From: Bacteroides sp.
GTDB taxonomy: Bacteria > Bacteroidota > Bacteroidia > Bacteroidales > SM23-62
Assembly: GCA_011053095.1 (NCBI GenBank)
Contig: DRHS01000002.1
Coordinates: 2,122-66,121, forward strand
Direction: 5' to 3'
Length of the DNA stretch: 64,000 bases
Shown here: positions 56,310 through 64,000 of the stretch, in pieces
Layout: each line of letters starts with the position of its first letter
Numbering within the stretch: the stretch's first letter is position 1
Made by a program: the position numbers and the translations under genes
Notes under the pieces: generated by a model
What the model saw: only the letters and a program-made list of their open reading frames with translations
The model's database searches: none
What the model was told of the DNA's origin: nothing

Positions 56310-57205
56310 TGCAGGCTGAACTCATATATGATGCACGTGCAACGCTCGGCGAGGGTCCATTCTGGGACCATCAAAATGACCTGCTGATCTGGGTCGACAT
56401 CGAAGAAGGCAGTGTGCATTTTTACAATCCTGCCAATGGGCAGGATAAATACCGGGAGCTTGGAACGAGAATTGGAATGGCAGTACCAAATACCGAAGGA
56501 CATATAATCGCAGCCCTACAGGATGGATTCGCCTGGATTATTGAAGACAGTAATCCGATTTATATTGCGGATCCGGAAAATGATCTTAAAAATAACAGGT
56601 TCAATGACGGGAAATGTGATCCTCAGGGACGGCTCTGGGCAGGGACGATGGATTTGGAAGCTGAGGAAAATTGCGGAAGTCTTTATCGTATGAATGAAGA
56701 CCTCACGGTCTCTCAAATGATATCCGGTGTCAGCATTTCAAACGGACTGGCATGGTCGCATGATTCTAAAACCATGTATTACATAGATACCCTTAGCTAC
56801 AATGTAATGTCATATGAATTTAGTCCCTCAGAAGGTATCATTGCCAACCCGGAGACAGTTATCGTAATCCCGAAAGACCATGGCGCCCCCGACGGCATGA
56901 CCATTGACCGGGATGGAAAGCTCTGGATCGCTCACTGGGGTGGGGGAAATGTCAGCCGCTGGGATCCCGATACCGGTCAATTGATGAAGGTAATAATCGT
57001 TCCGGTGCCTCAACCCACATCCTGTGTTTTTGGAGGCAGTCTGCTGGATACTCTTTATATTACATCTGCCAGAACAGGATTATCCGTACAGGAACTTAAT
57101 GAATACCCGGAAAGCGGGGGATTATTTGCTGTAAAACCGGGGGTGAGCGGCTATCACTCTTCCTGCTTTAAAGGAAAACCCGGGCGGATTGATGATAAGA
57201 TGTGA
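56309..57205 (+). CDS. SMP-30/gluconolactonase/LRE-family lactonase
   Basis: LGEGPFWDHQNDLLIWVDI, RFNDGKCDPQGRLWAGTM, SNGLAWSHDSKTMYYIDT, PDGMTIDRDGKLWIAHWGGG and TSCVFGG...LYITSA form a regucalcin-type six-blade pattern. Confidence 0.85.
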   Translation: MQAELIYDARATLGEGPFWDHQNDLLIWVDIEEGSVHFYNPANGQDKYRELGTRIGMAVPNTEGHIIAALQDGFAWIIEDSNPIYIADPENDLKNNRFNDGKCDPQGRLWAGTMDLEAEENCGSLYRMNEDLTVSQMISGVSISNGLAWSHDSKTMYYIDTLSYNVMSYEFSPSEGIIANPETVIVIPKDHGAPDGMTIDRDGKLWIAHWGGGNVSRWDPDTGQLMKVIIVPVPQPTSCVFGGSLLDTLYITSARTGLSVQELNEYPESGGLFAVKPGVSGYHSSCFKGKPGRIDDKM

Positions 57206-57250
57206 TCAAATCAAGTTAAATGAATCAACTGAACTAAAAGTAAAATAAGT

Positions 57251-58324
57251 ATGAGTACAAATAGAGAAAATCTTATAAGATCCCTGAAACGTGAAGGCTT
57301 TGATCATGTGCCAGTAGATTTCTGGCTATGTGAATCGCAGATTAAGGCCTTTAAGGATCGGATAGGACATGAAGATTACCAGTACTGGTTTAATCTGAGC
57401 CACAGAATGTTTGAAATGGAGGTTAGGAGAAATTTTAAAGATGGGCATGAACTGTTTCATAGAGAAAAGCTTCCTTCAGACACAAAGTTTGATGAATATG
57501 GAATAGGTCATTCCAAAGGTTCAGAATTGGCATTTCATATGACAAGGATGCACCATCCGCTGAAAGGAGCCGGTTTGAGCGAGATTCTCGATTATCCTTA
57601 CCCCTCAGTAGACTCCCAAAAGGAGAAGAAAATAGAAGAAATTGTAAATGGTTTGCATAGCCAGGGACTAGCTTCCTTTGCTTTCATGCAGATGACTGTA
57701 TGGGAAGCCTCATGGTATCTTAGATCCATGGAGGAATTGATGATGGACATGATGATGATGGATGAAAAAGCAACCGTTCTTCTTGATAAAATCACCGAGT
57801 TTGCCTGCGCCAAAGCCGGTGCATATGCGGAAGCCGGAGTGGACATCTTGAGCCTTGGAGATGATATCGGTACTCAGAATTCTATAATGATTGATGTGGG
57901 ACTATGGGAGCAATGGCTGAAACCCAGGATCTCAAAGGTTATCGAGACTGCCCGGGAAATCAATCCGGATATATTAATATTTTATCATTCCTGCGGATAT
58001 ATTGTTCCCTTCATCGACCAGCTTATCGAAGTTGGCGTGGATATATTGAACCCTATCCAGCCCGAATGTATGAGTTTTGATGAAATCGCCAATAAGTATG
58101 GCAATAGGGTGTCATTTTGGGGAACAATCGGTACGCAGGAACTCTTGCCCTTTGGTACAGCTAATGAAGTCAGGAAAGTGAGTACATCAAGGCTTGAGAA
58201 ATGTGGAGAAAAGGGAGGTCTTTGCATTGGTCCGACACACCTTGTCGAACCCGAAGTTCCCTGGGAAAACCTTATGGCAATCAAGGAAGCCGTCAGTGAA
58301 TTTGAAAGCAAAATTAAAGGGTGA
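57251..58324 (+). CDS. URO-D superfamily protein (MtaA/HemE-like fold), function unknown
   Basis: 357 aa with no signal peptide. N-terminus MSTNRENLIRSLKREGFDHVPVD. HSCG motif at nt 57986-57997. Its C-terminal part (VDILNPIQPE..FWGTIGTQELLPFGT..EV) closely parallels 8531-9802 (WDILNPVQIS..FWGGGIDTQKTLPFGTPSEV). Confidence 0.75.
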   Translation: MSTNRENLIRSLKREGFDHVPVDFWLCESQIKAFKDRIGHEDYQYWFNLSHRMFEMEVRRNFKDGHELFHREKLPSDTKFDEYGIGHSKGSELAFHMTRMHHPLKGAGLSEILDYPYPSVDSQKEKKIEEIVNGLHSQGLASFAFMQMTVWEASWYLRSMEELMMDMMMMDEKATVLLDKITEFACAKAGAYAEAGVDILSLGDDIGTQNSIMIDVGLWEQWLKPRISKVIETAREINPDILIFYHSCGYIVPFIDQLIEVGVDILNPIQPECMSFDEIANKYGNRVSFWGTIGTQELLPFGTANEVRKVSTSRLEKCGEKGGLCIGPTHLVEPEVPWENLMAIKEAVSEFESKIKG

Positions 58325-58329
58325 CTATA

Positions 58330-59052
58330 ATGAAATGCATCCAATGTCATCTATGCTTTATTTTTCTGATACTTCTTACATCAGGTATGGATGCACAAAA
58401 TCAATTCCCTGAACAAATGTATCTCGATAATATTAAGACAGAACTGCAGCTTGAGTGGCCTGAAAACCGTACCATAAACATCGTTTTTCATGGTCATTCT
58501 GTGCCTGCAGGATATTTTTCCACTCCTGAAGTAAATACCCTGGAATCATATCCACATCTGACCCTGAGGAAAATTAAAGAATCATACCCCAATGCAGTTG
58601 TTAATGTTATTTTAACTGCAATCGGAGGAGAACATTCAGAACAGGGTGCTGCTCGATTCAAGGCTGATGTAATGAACCATAAACCCGACCTTGTGGTTAT
58701 AGATTATGCGCTGAATGACAGAAGTATAGGTCTCCAAAAAGCAAGACTGTCATGGGAAATAATGATAAAAATGGCCAAGTCTTTCGAAGTTAAGGTAATA
58801 CTTCTTACCCCAAGCCCTGATACCAGTGAAGATATCCTTCAGCCGAATGCTCAACTTGCTCAACACAGTAAACAGATCCGGGAGCTGGCATTACTGCATG
58901 AAGTTGGACTTGTTGACAGTTATTCCATTTTTAAAGAGATAGCTGCAGAAGAATCGCTTGAAAAATACATGGCACAGAGCAATCATATAAATGCACTTGG
59001 ACATTGGCTGGTATCTGAGCAGCTGTTTGAATGGTTTAAGCCAGGTAATTAA
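58330..59052 (+). CDS. SGNH/GDSL-type hydrolase (probable carbohydrate esterase), secreted
   Basis: Signal peptide MKCIQCHLCFIFLILLTSGMDAQ. Block I-like IVFHGHSVPAG (GHS in place of GDS). Block III-like VVIDYALNDR. Block V-like SNHINALGH. The track start at 58321 is a GTG overlapping the previous stop; the ATG at 58330 is preferred. Confidence 0.65.
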   Translation: MKCIQCHLCFIFLILLTSGMDAQNQFPEQMYLDNIKTELQLEWPENRTINIVFHGHSVPAGYFSTPEVNTLESYPHLTLRKIKESYPNAVVNVILTAIGGEHSEQGAARFKADVMNHKPDLVVIDYALNDRSIGLQKARLSWEIMIKMAKSFEVKVILLTPSPDTSEDILQPNAQLAQHSKQIRELALLHEVGLVDSYSIFKEIAAEESLEKYMAQSNHINALGHWLVSEQLFEWFKPGN

Positions 59053-59078
59053 CAGATCCGATTCCCGTTAAGGTTAAA

Positions 59079-62000
59079 ATGATGAAAAGAGAAGTTAAAG
59101 TATGGAGGGATAAGGTAATTATTCCGACCTACAAAATCGGGAAACCCGAAAAATTTCCAATATTTCTTGAAAAACGTGTGTACCAGGGCAGCAGCGGAAG
59201 TGTTTATCCCCATCCTGTCATTGAAAATATAAGCGACGAAAAATCAAATGAGGAGTGGGAGGTTATATTTCTGGAAAATGACTACCTGAAAATAATGGTA
59301 TTGCCCTCCCTTGGAGGTAGGATACAGATGGCATATGACAAGATCCGCCAACGTCATTTTGTTTATTACAATCAAGTAATTAAACCTGCACTGGTAGGCT
59401 TAACAGGTCCCTGGATATCGGGTGGAATAGAGTTCAACTGGCCCCAGCACCACAGGCCGAGTACCTTCGATCCGGTTGATTTTGACCTGGAAGAAAATGA
59501 AGACGGTAGTTGTACAATCTGGGTCAGTGAGGTGGAAAGGATGTTCCGATCCAAAGGCATGGCAGGATTCACCTTGTATCCCGATAAGGCATATCTGGAA
59601 ATATCTGTAAAATTATACAACCGTACACCCCTGCCACAGACCTTCCTTTGGTGGGCCAACCCGGCTGTTAAAGTTAACGACCATTACCAATCGGTATTCC
59701 CTCCAGATGTTAATGCTGTTTTTGACCATGGTAAAAGGGACGTATCTGAGTTCCCTATTGCCAGAGGTGAATATTATAAAGTTAATTACGCCCCAGGAAC
59801 AGATATTTCCAGGTATAAAAACATTCCCGTTCCCACATCCTATATGGCCATTACTTCCAAGTACGATTTTGTTGGAGGTTACGAAAATGATACACGATGC
59901 GGATTGCTTCATGTGGCAGATCATCATGTGTCACCGGGCAAAAAACAATGGACATGGGGAAGTGGAGAGTTTGGCAAAGCGTGGGACCGTAATCTCACAG
60001 ATGAAGACGGACCTTATATTGAGCTGATGTGTGGAGTTTATACAGATAATCAGCCGGATTTTTCCTGGATGCACCCATACGAGGAAAAAAGCTTCAAACA
60101 ATACTTTATGCCCTATTATAATGTGGGACTGGTAAAAAATGCCACGAAAGAAGCTCTGGTAAACCTTGAAATTAATGAAAGGAAGGCTGTTGTAAAAGTC
60201 TATGTGACTTCTGAGTACATACATTGCCGCATAACCCTTAAAAAAAATGATGATTTCTTTTTGGATGAAAGACATGATTTGTCACCAGAGAAAGATTTTG
60301 AGTGCAGTGTGGATATAAGTCCGGCAAAATTCTATGAACTTCAATTGGAGGTTTTAGATAATAAAGGAAATTTGCTTGTTTCCTGGCATCCGGAAAAGCC
60401 AATTGAAAATCCTGCTCCTAAACCTGCTATCGCCGCAAAACTACCCAGAGAAATTGATAGCATAGAACAGCTTTACCTGCGTGGTTTACACCTCGAACAA
60501 TACCGGCATGCCACATATGATCCAGTAGAATATTATATGGAAGCCTTATCAAGAGAACCGGGAGACAGTAGAAGCAATAATGCCTTGGGTATCTGGTACT
60601 TGAGAAGAGGTATGTTCGAGCTGGCTCTGAAATATTTCAATCGAGCGATAGATACATTCACTGAGAAGAATCCCAATCCTAAGGATGGAGAAACATACTT
60701 TAACCGGGGCCTTACATTAAGGTTTCTTGGAAGAATGGACCAGGCCTATGCATCTTTCTATAAGTCCTGCTGGAATGCAGAGTGGCAGGATGCAGGGTAT
60801 TTCAATCTGGCTCAGATCGATTGCCATCGGGGTAATTATGGAAAGGCTCATGAACATGTGAACAGGTCGCTTATTAAAAACTGGCATAATCATAAGGCAA
60901 GGCATCTTAAAATTATTATCCTGAGGAAGCTTGGTAAGAAGGATAATGCACAGGAACTTATTCGTGAATCTTTGTCCATCGATAGATTTAATTTTGGTGC
61001 TCTGTTTGAGAAGTACCTCCTAAGTTGTAATTCAGACGATCTGGATCAGGTCAGGATACAGTTTCGCGATTATGTACATAATTACATTGAGTTTTCGCTT
61101 GATTATGCACAGGCAGGAATGTTTGAAGAAGCAATCAGACTTTTGAATGAATATAGCAGTGGAAAAGATACCATGTATCCAATGGCACAATATTTTCTTG
61201 GCTGGTACCATGAGCAGTTGAGGATAGGTGATGATGCAATGAAACACTATAAAATGGCTGAGGAAATGCCTTCTGATTATTGCTTTCCAAACCGGCTCGA
61301 AGAAGTTGTGGTACTGCAATCCGCGCTTAAAATTAATCAGGAAGATGCAAAAGGCCTCTACTACCTGGGTAATTTCTGGTATTCTTCAAAGCAGTACCAA
61401 AAGGCAAGAGAGTGCTGGGAGGCTTCCCTGAAAATCGACGATACTTTTCCAATAACTTACAGGAACCTGGCCTTATTGTACTTTAATAAAGAAAATAATG
61501 CGGAGCTTGCACGTAACATGCTTGAAAGAGCTTTTGAACTTGATGGTCAGGATGCGCGATTATTGATGGAGTTAAGCCAGTTATATAAAAAACTGAACCT
61601 GCCGGCCAGTAAACGATTAACCTTATTGGAAAATAATCTGGAACTCACCCATTCACGTGATGATCTTTATCTGGAAAGGATTGAACTCTACAATATTCAA
61701 GGTGATTACAAAAGGGCATTAACCCTAATAATGAAACGGAACTTTCATCCATGGGAAGGCGGGGAAGGGAAAGTACCCCTTCAATATGTTACCTCCTGTA
61801 CTGAGTTGGCCAAACAGAATATTGCACAGGGGAACTTAAAAATCGCACAGGACTATCTTGAAAAAGCACAACAATATCCTGAAAACCTGGGAGAAGGCAA
61901 ACTGTTTGGCACACAGGAAAATGATATTTTTTATTGGTTGGGTTGTGTCTATGAGGGTATGGGTCAGGACAAAGAAGCCAGAAAATACTGGAATAAAGCT

Positions 62001-62387
62001 TCTGCCGGATTAATAATACCGGGTCAGGCCATGTTTTACAATGATCAGCCTGCCGATAAAATATTCTACCAGGGCCTGGCATTACAAAAATTGGGCAGGC
62101 GGAAGGAAGCTCAATCACGGTTTAACAAACTTATTGAATACGGGGAGGAGCACATGAACAGCGATGTGCGAATCGACTATTTTGCTGTATCATTACCGGA
62201 TATTCTAATATGGGAAGATAACCTGAATCTCAGGAACCAAACACATTGCCACTATTTAATGGGGCTGGGTAAATTGGGTCTGGGAAATTCGGCAGAGGCA
62301 TTAAATGAATTTTATGAAACATTGGGACGGGACAGATATCATATTTCGGCCTTGCTTCACAAATACATGGCTGAGAACCCAATGTAA
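59079..62387 (+). CDS. 1102-aa cytoplasmic protein: N-terminal beta-rich domain (DUF5107/DUF4380-like, recalled) + long C-terminal TPR array (YphG-like)
   Basis: No signal peptide. The C-terminal ~650 aa contains many TPR-like units (ALGIWYLRRGMFELALKYFNRAI, YFNRGLTLRFLGRMDQAYASFYKS, YYLGNFWYSSKQYQKARECWEASLKID, TYRNLALLYFNK...ARNMLERAFELD, FYWLGCVYEGMGQDKEARKYWNKA). The N-terminal family name is from memory of similar ~1100-aa proteins such as E. coli YphG. Confidence 0.6.
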   Translation: MMKREVKVWRDKVIIPTYKIGKPEKFPIFLEKRVYQGSSGSVYPHPVIENISDEKSNEEWEVIFLENDYLKIMVLPSLGGRIQMAYDKIRQRHFVYYNQVIKPALVGLTGPWISGGIEFNWPQHHRPSTFDPVDFDLEENEDGSCTIWVSEVERMFRSKGMAGFTLYPDKAYLEISVKLYNRTPLPQTFLWWANPAVKVNDHYQSVFPPDVNAVFDHGKRDVSEFPIARGEYYKVNYAPGTDISRYKNIPVPTSYMAITSKYDFVGGYENDTRCGLLHVADHHVSPGKKQWTWGSGEFGKAWDRNLTDEDGPYIELMCGVYTDNQPDFSWMHPYEEKSFKQYFMPYYNVGLVKNATKEALVNLEINERKAVVKVYVTSEYIHCRITLKKNDDFFLDERHDLSPEKDFECSVDISPAKFYELQLEVLDNKGNLLVSWHPEKPIENPAPKPAIAAKLPREIDSIEQLYLRGLHLEQYRHATYDPVEYYMEALSREPGDSRSNNALGIWYLRRGMFELALKYFNRAIDTFTEKNPNPKDGETYFNRGLTLRFLGRMDQAYASFYKSCWNAEWQDAGYFNLAQIDCHRGNYGKAHEHVNRSLIKNWHNHKARHLKIIILRKLGKKDNAQELIRESLSIDRFNFGALFEKYLLSCNSDDLDQVRIQFRDYVHNYIEFSLDYAQAGMFEEAIRLLNEYSSGKDTMYPMAQYFLGWYHEQLRIGDDAMKHYKMAEEMPSDYCFPNRLEEVVVLQSALKINQEDAKGLYYLGNFWYSSKQYQKARECWEASLKIDDTFPITYRNLALLYFNKENNAELARNMLERAFELDGQDARLLMELSQLYKKLNLPASKRLTLLENNLELTHSRDDLYLERIELYNIQGDYKRALTLIMKRNFHPWEGGEGKVPLQYVTSCTELAKQNIAQGNLKIAQDYLEKAQQYPENLGEGKLFGTQENDIFYWLGCVYEGMGQDKEARKYWNKASAGLIIPGQAMFYNDQPADKIFYQGLALQKLGRRKEAQSRFNKLIEYGEEHMNSDVRIDYFAVSLPDILIWEDNLNLRNQTHCHYLMGLGKLGLGNSAEALNEFYETLGRDRYHISALLHKYMAENPM

Positions 62388-62514
62388 CAATCCTGGGATA
62401 TCCTGGATCCAAATTAAATATTTGTTCAAAATAATAACTAATTTGGAATACTTTATTAAAGTATTATATCTCCTCAGAGACCAAATCAGTAACTAAACCC
62501 AATTCATCAATCAA

Positions 62515-64000
62515 ATGATCAATTTCAAATTCATAGGGGCCATCCTGGCTGTGTTCATTTTGTGTTTAAAAGTAAATGCTCAACCCGGACATCCGAAAGC
62601 CAGGTTTAACCGTCAGGATACCCTCCGTGGTTCCATAACCCCCGAGAGGGAATGGTGGCAGCTTACCTATTATCATCTTGATGTCGAAGTCTTTCCCTCA
62701 GACAGCAACCTGAGCGGATCGGTTACTATACATTACAGGGTGCTTGAGCCATCAACCGGAACCCAGGTAGAGCCTTTCAGAATGCAGGTTGATCTGCAAT
62801 CTCCAATGCAGATCTCAAAAGTTATGCAGAATGGTGAAGAGCTTGATTTTGTGAAGGACGGGAATGCCTGGTTTATAACCATGCATGAAGAGCAACAGGA
62901 GGGAGAGCTTAAAAACATAATCGTATCCTACCAGGGAAAACCCAAAGTCAGCCGCCGCCCTCCCTGGGACGGTGGATTCACCTGGACCACTGATGAGGCA
63001 GGAAAGCCATTCATTGCCACAGCCAATCAGGGAGACGGAGCAAGCCTCTGGTGGCCCTGCAAGGACCACATGTACCAGGAAGCTGACAGCATGCTCATCA
63101 CCGTGACAACCCCAAAGGATCTTAAGAATGTATCAAACGGAAGTTTTCGCGGTATGAAAAAAAACAAGGGTGGTACGAAAACCTGGTCCTGGTTTGTATC
63201 AAATCCTATCAGCAACTACGTGATCAATCTTAACATTGCTAATTATGCTCACTTCGGCGAGGTGTATGATGGAGAACTCGGGTCCCTGAACTGTGATTAT
63301 TATGTTCTGAAGGAAAACATCACAAAGGCCAAGGAACAGTTCAAACAGGTGCCTATGATGCTCGAAGCCTTCGAACACTGGTTCGGTCCCTATCCATTCT
63401 ATGAGGACGGATTCAAACTTGTCGAGGTACCATACCCGGGTATGGAGCACCAGAGTTCAGTAACCTACGGCAATGGCTATGAAAACGGCTTCGGAGGACG
63501 GGATGTCAGCCGTACTGGCTGGGGGGATAAGTTCGACTTTATCATTATTCATGAGTCGGGACACGAGTGGTTTGCCAATAATATCACCTACAGGGATATG
63601 GCTGATATGTGGATTCATGAGAGTTTCACAGCCTATTCCGAGGGACTGTATGTAGAGTATCATTACGGAAAGGATGCCGGCTTCGAGTACCTGCGCGGGG
63701 TTCGCTCAAATATAAGGAATGACAGGCCCATTATTGGACATTATGATGTAAACCACAGCGGCTCGGGAGATATGTATCCCAAGGGAGCTAACATGCTTCA
63801 TACCATCCGGCAGCTTGTTGATGATGATGAGAAGTGGAGAGGAATTCTTCGCGGGCTTAACAAAACATTCTGGCACCAGGTTGTAACTACCAGTCAGATA
63901 GAGGACTATATGAATGAAAATACGGATATGGAGCTGTCAAAAATATTTGACCAGTACCTCAGGGATACCCGGATTCCAACATTCGAATACAGGTTCAACC
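62515..64000 (+). CDS. M1-family zinc metallopeptidase (aminopeptidase N-like), partial, runs off the right edge
   Basis: Not in the ORF track because it is open at the window edge. Translation from the ATG at 62515 gives MINFKFIGAILAVFILCLKVNAQ (signal peptide), then GASLWWPCKD and the gluzincin signature HESGHEWFANNITYRDMADMWIHE (HExxH followed by 18 residues and then Glu). Confidence 0.85.
   Translation, partial: MINFKFIGAILAVFILCLKVNAQPGHPKARFNRQDTLRGSITPEREWWQLTYYHLDVEVFPSDSNLSGSVTIHYRVLEPSTGTQVEPFRMQVDLQSPMQISKVMQNGEELDFVKDGNAWFITMHEEQQEGELKNIIVSYQGKPKVSRRPPWDGGFTWTTDEAGKPFIATANQGDGASLWWPCKDHMYQEADSMLITVTTPKDLKNVSNGSFRGMKKNKGGTKTWSWFVSNPISNYVINLNIANYAHFGEVYDGELGSLNCDYYVLKENITKAKEQFKQVPMMLEAFEHWFGPYPFYEDGFKLVEVPYPGMEHQSSVTYGNGYENGFGGRDVSRTGWGDKFDFIIIHESGHEWFANNITYRDMADMWIHESFTAYSEGLYVEYHYGKDAGFEYLRGVRSNIRNDRPIIGHYDVNHSGSGDMYPKGANMLHTIRQLVDDDEKWRGILRGLNKTFWHQVVTTSQIEDYMNENTDMELSKIFDQYLRDTRIPTFEYRFN

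Noticed and set aside
62447-62465. 19-bp AT-rich perfect palindrome AATACTTTA-T-TAAAGTATT between the TPR gene and the M1 peptidase gene.
   Set aside because: It is too AT-rich, and its 1-nt centre is too short, for it to be a convincing terminator hairpin. No T-run follows it. It could be a protein-binding site, but no second copy or other context supports that.
1-64000. Search for rRNA, tRNA, CRISPR arrays, integrases, transposases and inverted terminal repeats.
   Set aside because: Intergenic regions are short apart from 532-1283. None shows cloverleaf-like structure, regularly spaced direct repeats or IS-type termini. The only sizeable repeats are intragenic (LamG modules) or paralogous genes.

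Overview
Bacteroidota-type chromosomal fragment, judged from a SusC/SusD pair, a hybrid two-component regulator, T9SS C-terminal sorting domains and TAnnTTTG promoter boxes. All family calls come from reading motifs by eye; no searches were run.

- **1 to ~3.1 kb:** an AT-rich accessory patch. It holds an edge-truncated AbiEi-like antitoxin gene, a ~750-bp ORF-poor spacer with two operator-like repeat sets, a Fic gene carrying an inhibitory-helix motif, and one hypothetical gene.
- **3.2-8.4 kb:** looks like housekeeping: a Tat-signal aldo/keto reductase, a hemolysin-III family channel, a possible outer-membrane barrel, a serine hydrolase and folD.
- **~8.5 to ~62.4 kb:** one very large, bidirectionally organised polysaccharide utilisation locus (PUL).
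  - Minus arm: S1 sulfatase, ELWxxDGT-repeat T9SS protein, susC, susD, a surface lipoprotein, two giant LamG-array/FN3/GH30/T9SS proteins, two tandem GH30s, a sugar porter, GH2 and a URO-D-like gene.
  - Plus arm: a GH2-like gene with atypical catalytic motifs, galM, a second sugar porter, a URO-D-like gene, the HTCS regulator, a sulfatase interrupted by an in-frame TGA, GH59 and a third URO-D-like gene. These are followed by a cytoplasmic block (RraA-like aldolase, enolase-superfamily dehydratase, SDR, SMP-30 lactonase), a fourth URO-D-like gene, an SGNH esterase and a 1102-aa TPR protein.
- **Right edge:** a partial M1 metallopeptidase.

The most unusual signal is the set of four divergent, cytoplasmic URO-D/MtaA-fold paralogues wired into the glycan locus. 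They have no haem-pathway or corrinoid-protein context in the window.

No rRNA, tRNA, CRISPR array or transposase was recognised.
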